Source: an uncultured Candidatus Saccharibacteria bacterium (GTDB lineage Bacteria; Patescibacteriota; Minisyncoccia; Phycocordibacterales; UBA918). From it: DNA of 64,000 bases. The notes under the pieces are model-generated. The model saw only the letters and a program-made list of their open reading frames with translations, was not told the DNA's origin and did no database searches. This document shows positions 58,161 through 64,000 of this stretch, one piece after another. The first letter of the stretch is position 1, and every line of letters starts with the position of its first letter. Location of the stretch: assembly GCA_964350645.1 (NCBI GenBank), contig CAYGJY010000001.1, positions 78,316 through 142,315 of the forward strand. The letters run 5' to 3'. The translations under genes were made by a program, and so were the position numbers.

Positions 58161-59798
58161 ATGGTTGAAAAATTTTTAGGTACTAAGGTCGCACAAGCAC
58201 CAGTCGATGGAGCAAGAGGTGGCGAACAGTACGCTCGTTTTGAAGCTGTCTTTGGAACAGATGAAATGCAGTATTTAGAGTTGCGTGATATTCAGCGCAA
58301 GCTTATTCCAGCAATGCGTAGGCAGCGTGTAGATCGAGTAGTTTTGGCAGTGTATAACGGAGAATCTGAAGAGTTACTGGCCGAGCTTGCAGTTGTAGAT
58401 GATGGCCGCAGTACAACGGTTACCACTGAAGGGGGAGAGGATCTGACATTTTTTTCTAGTAAACCAATGGGCGGAAGGCGACCATCTTTTCGTCAAACCA
58501 CCAAGAAGCCGATTGCCAAATGGCTTCAAGAGACGATGCACTTACGTACTGATGATGTAACTTTCTGTCCGTTCGACCCGTCGGTTGAAGTAGATGAGAT
58601 CGATGACGATGAATCAGATCAGGAGCCTGAAGGTGTAGAACAGGGGCCAGAAAAAAAAGTAAAGAAACCAAAGCGAACACGCCGGCCAATCAGAAGAAAG
58701 AAGACTGATAAGGAAAGAAAAGAGAGAGCCAGTAATAAGGCAGCGGAACAAATAGAAGAGATATTAAATACTTTGAATACTTTATATACAAGTTTAGATG
58801 TCAGAAAAATTAGAGCGCGGGGATTGGATACGAGCCCACTGCAGCAGTTGGGAGTATTTCTGGCTCAAAATCCTGGAATGTTTAACACTGTTGTTGAGCA
58901 ATTACGCAGTGGTAATTATGATCCATTATATAAAGTCATTAGTTTACTTAGAGATCCTTTGATTGTTAAAGGAATTGAGGATGCGATTTCAGAAGCTAAG
59001 CCAAAAGCTGGATACGGAAGCAGGGTGGTCCTACCTCGAGTGGTAAAAACCATGTTGAGCCAATTAAAACGTCTGGCAGCTGAATTACATCCAAACGTTA
59101 GTGTCGATGATCCTGATAGAAATGTTCGTGGGCAGTTTTATGACTACGAAACCAGTAGATCTTTGGAGGCATATCAGAAATTACTTTTCGTAGATCTTGC
59201 TCCAGAAGATATGCTGGCTTACATTAAGGCTGCCAAGAATGAGCGGTGGCTTGACGTTGGTGCAGGAGAAACGTACCGTCAGCCAGATTCGTTCATGAAT
59301 ACCGTAAGAAGTGAGAATCCGACAATTGAGATGAGAGCTGCTGACCCGATGTATGCTGGGGAGGTTGGGCCAGTCGATAAGGCATATGGGCGTGATGAAC
59401 TTGATGAAGAATGGGCAACTAGAAACCATCTAGACCCATATACTGCTCAGAGATTAGCATATGAGGACGCGAGTTTCGATAGAGTTTTTTCATGCTGGGC
59501 ACTCGACAAAACAAGGCTTGATAATGGAGGAGAGCTTCAGGCCTTACTGCAGATTGCACGAATTCTCAAACCCGGTGGTGAAGCGAGATTATTCCCAGTA
59601 AGACCAGAAACAGTAAAACAATACGGTCACGTTTTAATGGTCTATTTTACCATCGAAAATAGGGTAGACAGTATAAATCAGGATACTGGGGAGCTCTTTG
59701 GGTATGGTTTATATCTAAGAAGAAACAACGTCAGCAAATCGTCGGAACGACAACTGACAGATGAGGTGAATCGTTGGCTCAGAGAAAATCCTAAATAA
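58161..59798 (+). CDS. Two-domain protein: unknown N-terminal domain, Lys-rich linker, C-terminal class I SAM-dependent methyltransferase fold
   Basis: 'WLDVGAGETY' (motif I), 'FDRVFSCWAL' (motif II), 'LKPGGEARLF' (motif III); linker 'KKVKKPKRTRRPIRRKKTDKERKER'. Confidence 0.6.
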   Translation: MVEKFLGTKVAQAPVDGARGGEQYARFEAVFGTDEMQYLELRDIQRKLIPAMRRQRVDRVVLAVYNGESEELLAELAVVDDGRSTTVTTEGGEDLTFFSSKPMGGRRPSFRQTTKKPIAKWLQETMHLRTDDVTFCPFDPSVEVDEIDDDESDQEPEGVEQGPEKKVKKPKRTRRPIRRKKTDKERKERASNKAAEQIEEILNTLNTLYTSLDVRKIRARGLDTSPLQQLGVFLAQNPGMFNTVVEQLRSGNYDPLYKVISLLRDPLIVKGIEDAISEAKPKAGYGSRVVLPRVVKTMLSQLKRLAAELHPNVSVDDPDRNVRGQFYDYETSRSLEAYQKLLFVDLAPEDMLAYIKAAKNERWLDVGAGETYRQPDSFMNTVRSENPTIEMRAADPMYAGEVGPVDKAYGRDELDEEWATRNHLDPYTAQRLAYEDASFDRVFSCWALDKTRLDNGGELQALLQIARILKPGGEARLFPVRPETVKQYGHVLMVYFTIENRVDSINQDTGELFGYGLYLRRNNVSKSSERQLTDEVNRWLRENPK

Positions 59799-61728
59799 GG
59801 GCAAAGTCAATTTGGCGTTCTTCTAAATCAGCACGGACGAGCTTTACTCGAATCACATCACCGAGAGCAAACGCTTTACCTTTCTTTTCACCCTTTACTT
59901 GGTACTTACTGGCGTCGTGGTTGTAGTAGTCACCCTTGATCGAAGCGAGCTTGATCATTCCTTCAGACATTGATTCCTTTTCAGCTACATAAATACCCCA
60001 GTCAGCGACACCGGTGATAATACCGTCAAATTCTTGGCCGACTTTGTCGAGCATATATTCAACTTGTTTGTATTTGATACTATCGCGCTCAGCTTTGACC
60101 GCTTCCATTTCTCGTTCTGAGGATTGTATGGAAAGCTTTTCGTATTTCATCATTTCTTTAGCGCCGATCGTTGAGCCATCAAGGTGGCGTCGCAGCATGC
60201 GGTGGGCCATGAGGTCGGGGTAGCGACGGATCGGTGACGTAAAGTGGGTATAGAACTTGAAGGCGAGACCAAAGTGTCCGATGTTTTTGGTTGAGTAGAC
60301 GGCCTTGGCCATACTGCGGATGGTAGCGGTTTTTATTAGGTTGGCTTCTGGTTTTCCTTCGATCGATTCGAGGAGTTTGTTGATATCGGTAGCACTGACT
60401 ACGCCCTTATGGGTTTTAAATTCATATCCAAGCGCGTTAAGGAAGATCGAGAGCTCCTCGATCTTGTCAGGGTTAGGAACATCGTGAATCCGGTAGATGA
60501 ACGCTGTATCTTTGCTCTGGTCTTCGCAGAGCTTGTGTACGTAGGTGGCTACGCGTTGGTTAGCGAGGAGCATGAAGTCTTCGATCATCATCATGGTTTC
60601 GGTACGAATTTTGGTGTAGGCACGAAGTGGTGTACCGTTTTCGTCGAGCTCAAAGCGAACTTCAGGTTGTTCAAAAGCGATTGCGCCTGCTGCATAACGC
60701 TTCTTTCGTAGGATACGTCCGAGATCCATCATGGTTGTGAGTTCAGCGAGATTGTCCCCAGAACCAGTATCAAGCACTTCCTGGGCCTCTTCATAGCTGA
60801 AGCGTTTGTCAGAGTGAATAACAGTTTGTCCATACCACTCATTTACGATCTCAGCCTGGGGACTCATTTCGAACACGGCTGAAAAGGCCAGACGGTCGGT
60901 GTTAGGACGAAGCGAACAGAGGTCGTTACTGAGTACCTCGGGAAGCATAGGAATAACGCGGTCAACGAGGTAGATGCTTGTGCCACGGTCACGAGCTTCC
61001 ATGTCAATATGGCCACCTTCAGTGACGTAGTGTGAGACGTCGGCGATATGAATACCAATTGAGTAGTTGCCATTGTCTAGTTTTTCAAACGAAAGAGCAT
61101 CGTCAAAATCTTTGGCATCAACTGGGTCGATAGTCATGGTGGTAATGCCACGCATGTCGCGCCGTTTTGGGTCAGCAATGGCATCTTTGAAAATCTGTTC
61201 TTGGTTTTTGTAGAGTTCTTGTGCTGCTTCTGCGATCTGCGGAACAAATTCTTCTGAGAAACCACCACTTCTAATAATCGCCTGCATTTCAGTTTCGTGG
61301 TCGCCGGCTTTGCCGAGTGTTTCGGTAATAGCCCCAACCGGATCGACGTGTGGGGAAGACCATGAGGTAATCTTGGCAACCACTTTCATTTTAAGGTCAG
61401 CGGCAGTGGCTTCAGGGAGAATTGGTTTAATGTGAATTCGGTAGTTATCGGGTGAAAGATAGTACTGAGCTTTACCTGCGACTTCTTTTTCTTTGACGGT
61501 TCCGATGAACTCGGTGTTGGCTGGCTCGATTACTTGAAGGACTTTACCCTCACGACGCTCGCCTTTTTTTTCTGAGGCAAGCGAGATTTCGACGACGTCG
61601 CCATTGAGAGCGAAGCCAAGGTGATCATTAGGAATAACAATATCTTCAAGGAAGTCTTCAAGGGCAACAAAGCCAGTGCCTTTGCCGCGCACGGCGATGA
61701 CGCCTTGGTAGGTTTTTTCTGTAGTCAT
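59791..61728 (-). CDS. rnr: Ribonuclease R (RNB family 3'-5' exoribonuclease)
   Basis: Cold-shock N-terminus; RNB motifs 'IDPVDAKDFDDALS' and 'IHIADVSHYV'; C-terminal S1 domain. Confidence 0.9.
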   Translation of the reverse strand: MTTEKTYQGVIAVRGKGTGFVALEDFLEDIVIPNDHLGFALNGDVVEISLASEKKGERREGKVLQVIEPANTEFIGTVKEKEVAGKAQYYLSPDNYRIHIKPILPEATAADLKMKVVAKITSWSSPHVDPVGAITETLGKAGDHETEMQAIIRSGGFSEEFVPQIAEAAQELYKNQEQIFKDAIADPKRRDMRGITTMTIDPVDAKDFDDALSFEKLDNGNYSIGIHIADVSHYVTEGGHIDMEARDRGTSIYLVDRVIPMLPEVLSNDLCSLRPNTDRLAFSAVFEMSPQAEIVNEWYGQTVIHSDKRFSYEEAQEVLDTGSGDNLAELTTMMDLGRILRKKRYAAGAIAFEQPEVRFELDENGTPLRAYTKIRTETMMMIEDFMLLANQRVATYVHKLCEDQSKDTAFIYRIHDVPNPDKIEELSIFLNALGYEFKTHKGVVSATDINKLLESIEGKPEANLIKTATIRSMAKAVYSTKNIGHFGLAFKFYTHFTSPIRRYPDLMAHRMLRRHLDGSTIGAKEMMKYEKLSIQSSEREMEAVKAERDSIKYKQVEYMLDKVGQEFDGIITGVADWGIYVAEKESMSEGMIKLASIKGDYYNHDASKYQVKGEKKGKAFALGDVIRVKLVRADLEERQIDFALI

Positions 61729-62073
61729 AAAGTGCGCTTACTGTACCTTTTTCAGACTTTATTGACAACAGATACTTTTTATTACTATTCCTAAGAACCA
61801 GCTTCAGGATGTCTTGGCAAATAATGGTCGGATACTATACTAAGTATATTGCTCGGGTGAGCAGTGGGCGAGGTGTCGCCGCGGCGGAATATTGTCTCAA
61901 TTTTTCTGAGATGCCGCGGCGACATTCGTCAAGTTCTTTCTAAAGTTTAGTTTCATTCGTTTGTCCATTTTTGGACGTGTACTCGTTTTGTGTAGTATTG
62001 TTGCCCGCCATGTTTGGTGGGCTTTGCGTTTTATATTGCCAAACTGACCTATTTATAGTATTGTTGCGCGCGT

Positions 62074-62553
62074 ATGTTAATGATGAGATTACAACGAGTC
62101 GGCCGCAAAAACGATCCTAGTTATCGAGTTGTGGTCGTCGATAAGCGGACTGGTCCGAAAAGCAACAAGAACATCGACATTCTTGGGTCGTATAACCCGA
62201 AAATGAATCATGTCCAAATTGATGCTGATCGTGCCAAGGACTGGCTATCAAAGGGTGTGCAGCCTTCAGATACCGTGCACAATATTCTCGTCGGTCAAAA
62301 AGTGATAGAGGGCAAAAAAATTAACGCTCTCCCTAAGAAGTCACCGATTGTAGACGAAGAAGCTGTGAAGAAAGCTGAAGAGGAAGCAGCCGCTAAAGCA
62401 GAGGCAGAAAAAGCCGCTGCCGAAGCACCAGCTGAAGAAGCGTCTACAGACGAAGCTCCAGTAGAAAAAGCAGCGACTGAAGAAGCTCCTGCTGAAGAAG
62501 TTAAAGAAGCAGCCGCTCCAGCAGAGGAAACTCCAGCTGAAGAAGTTAAATAA
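62074..62553 (+). CDS. rpsP: 30S ribosomal protein S16 with A/E/K-rich C-terminal extension
   Basis: 'RLQRVGRKNDPSYRVVVVDKRTGPKSNKNIDILGSYNP'. Confidence 0.9.
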   Translation: MLMMRLQRVGRKNDPSYRVVVVDKRTGPKSNKNIDILGSYNPKMNHVQIDADRAKDWLSKGVQPSDTVHNILVGQKVIEGKKINALPKKSPIVDEEAVKKAEEEAAAKAEAEKAAAEAPAEEASTDEAPVEKAATEEAPAEEVKEAAAPAEETPAEEVK

Positions 62554-62586
62554 ATTAACGAGCGAAGCGACTATAATTTATCAAAC

Positions 62587-62618
62587 AAAAAAGTCGGACA
62601 ATTAGTCCGACTTTTTTG
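62587..62618 (+). terminator. Intrinsic terminator after rpsP
   Basis: aaaaaagtcggac-aatta-gtccgacttttttg. Confidence 0.8.
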
Positions 62619-62715
62619 TTGACCACCTTACCATTCTCTCGTACTATTATTGGTAGTTCGTTCCAACCATATACTGGTACCGGACGCTTAACAGATAGAT
62701 ACAATAAAACATACT

Positions 62716-63093
62716 ATGGATACGCATGAAGATCAGCAATTTCTAGAAACGGTCGTAAAATCATTAGTAGAATTCCCAGACAGCGTTAAGATCAATCGCA
62801 CCGTTGACGAGATGGGTGTGCTCTTAACACTCGACGTTCACGCTGAGGACATGGGTAAAATTATTGGCCGCAGCGGTAATACAGCAAAGGCAATCCGCAC
62901 CCTACTTCGCGTCGTTGGTATGAAGCACGACGCTCGGGTGAACCTTAAGATCAATGAACCAGAAGGAGGTAAGGGTATGGGAGGTGTTATGTCTGCTGGA
63001 GCTGATAGCTCTGATGACAGCGCAATGGACGCTCCAGGTGAAGCCGCTGAGCCTAAGAGTCTCGACCAGGCCATCGACGACCTCAAAATATAA
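62716..63093 (+). CDS. KH-domain RNA-binding protein (YlqC/UPF0109-like) with C-terminal extension
   Basis: 'IIGRSGNTAKAIRTLLRVVG' KH GXXG loop; conserved position after rpsP. Confidence 0.8.
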   Translation: MDTHEDQQFLETVVKSLVEFPDSVKINRTVDEMGVLLTLDVHAEDMGKIIGRSGNTAKAIRTLLRVVGMKHDARVNLKINEPEGGKGMGGVMSAGADSSDDSAMDAPGEAAEPKSLDQAIDDLKI

Positions 63094-63238
63094 ATTGACG
63101 AATAGCATCGTCGTTACAAGAAAAACAGCGCTCGCTGGACTACCATGTCCCGCTCGCGCTGTTTTTCTTTAGACTCCTTGCACTTCATTCAATTTCTAGC
63201 TTGAGGAAACCTGAAGATCTAGTTTGAAAATAAAGCAG

Positions 63239-63272
63239 AAAAAGCGTGGCGCCTATCGGCGCCACGCTTTTT
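63239..63272 (+). terminator. Intrinsic terminator
   Basis: aaaaagcgtggcgcc-tatc-ggcgccacgcttttt. Confidence 0.8.
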
Positions 63273-63291
63273 CTATGCTAGGATTTTAAGA

Positions 63292-63723
63292 ATGAAAAAA
63301 GGAATTGATTATACAGGAATAACCGTTTCGTATTACTGTCATGATGGTAAAGGGAATTACGTGATGCATTTGCGTGGGGAAAAATGCAGAGATGAAAATG
63401 GCCGCTGGGATTGCGGTGGGGGCAGCGTAAAATTTGGAGAAAAATTAGATGATGCGGTGCGACGTGAAATTAAAGAAGAATTTGGTGCTGATATAATCTC
63501 ACAAAAGCAGATTGGTGTTGACGAGGTATTTCGTGAGCATAATGGCGTCAAAACACATTGGATTGCTTTCCGCTTTGTAGTTGAAGTTGATCCGAAGACG
63601 GTATATAACGCAGAACCGGAAAAGCATGATGATTTGCAGTGGTTTAGACTCGATAATTTACCGTCGCCACTTCATTCGCAATTTGAAAAGGAGCTTGAGA
63701 AATCTAAAAAATACTTACTATGA
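63292..63723 (+). CDS. NUDIX hydrolase
   Basis: NUDIX box '[24 protein letters not shown]'. Confidence 0.85.
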   Translation: MKKGIDYTGITVSYYCHDGKGNYVMHLRGEKCRDENGRWDCGGGSVKFGEKLDDAVRREIKEEFGADIISQKQIGVDEVFREHNGVKTHWIAFRFVVEVDPKTVYNAEPEKHDDLQWFRLDNLPSPLHSQFEKELEKSKKYLL

Positions 63724-64000
63724 ATTTCCACGTCATCACCCTATTTCCAGAAGTCTGCCAAGCGTACACGGACGCGAGTGTTTTGGGGCGGGCGCAAAAG
63801 ACTGAGAAAGGCATGGGGGCGAAAGTCCGCGGTAAAAAAATGACGGTCAGTTATTACAATCCGCGCGACTTCTCAAAAAACAAACACAAAAAAGTTGATG
63901 ATCGTCCGTATGGTGGTGGACCGGGAATGGTGATGGCCGTAGAGCCAGTGGTCAAAGCCTGGGAGAAAGCAGTGGGGCGAAAAAAGGACCAAAAAAAGAT
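63720..64000 (+). CDS. trmD: tRNA (guanine37-N1)-methyltransferase, 3'-truncated by the window edge
   Basis: Open frame to the window end: '[33 protein letters not shown]'. ATGA overlap with the NUDIX stop. Not in the ORF track because no stop falls in the window. Confidence 0.8.
   Translation, partial: MNFHVITLFPEVCQAYTDASVLGRAQKTEKGMGAKVRGKKMTVSYYNPRDFSKNKHKKVDDRPYGGGPGMVMAVEPVVKAWEKAVGRKKDQKK

Overview
The window looks like a small, reduced genome of the CPR/Patescibacteria type, possibly Saccharibacteria-like. Evidence for that placement: about 45% GC, a transketolase split into two subunits, an SMC without a hinge, short PheS/PheT, many short or absent 5' leaders, several type IV pilin-like genes, a sortase and giant surface proteins. 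Housekeeping genes (gap-rpiB-rpe-tkt, rplY, rpmE, prfA, rpsB-tsf, pheST, gyrB, thrS, dnaE, rnhB, rpmF, a nusB-NUDIX fusion, rnc, smc-like, rnr, rpsP-KH-nudix-trmD) alternate with accessory cell-envelope loci. The accessory loci and other unusual points are:
- Two tandem paralogous giant secreted proteins (>1500 aa and 2148 aa). They share a SASA/SGNH-like esterase-like core with a GQSN motif, an SH3b-like region and an unknown conserved domain. Their 3' ends, encoding tandem peptidoglycan-binding-like domains, are a 579-bp identical direct repeat.
- A four-gene cluster of secreted or membrane-anchored proteins (11.3-15.5 kb).
- A processive GT2 glycan synthase followed by a PEGA-like membrane protein.
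- A sortase next to a compositionally foreign high-GC (about 65%) island of roughly 1.8 kb. The island encodes two Cys-rich secreted proteins and has a 17-bp perfect hairpin at its left edge.
- A 1169-aa type-I membrane protein with 7 recognisable Ig-like repeats, each bracketed by cysteines (9 repeats is a rough count), and a cytoplasmic tail of about 300 aa.
- A tRNA-Thr(UGU) with an exact 39-bp duplicate of its 3' part 73 bp downstream, reminiscent of an att scar.
- Two tandem pilin genes, each preceded by a duplicated unit of a hairpin plus an extended -10 element.
No rRNA, CRISPR array or transposase was recognised. Coordinates I derived by hand (not taken from the ORF track) may be off by 1-2 nt.
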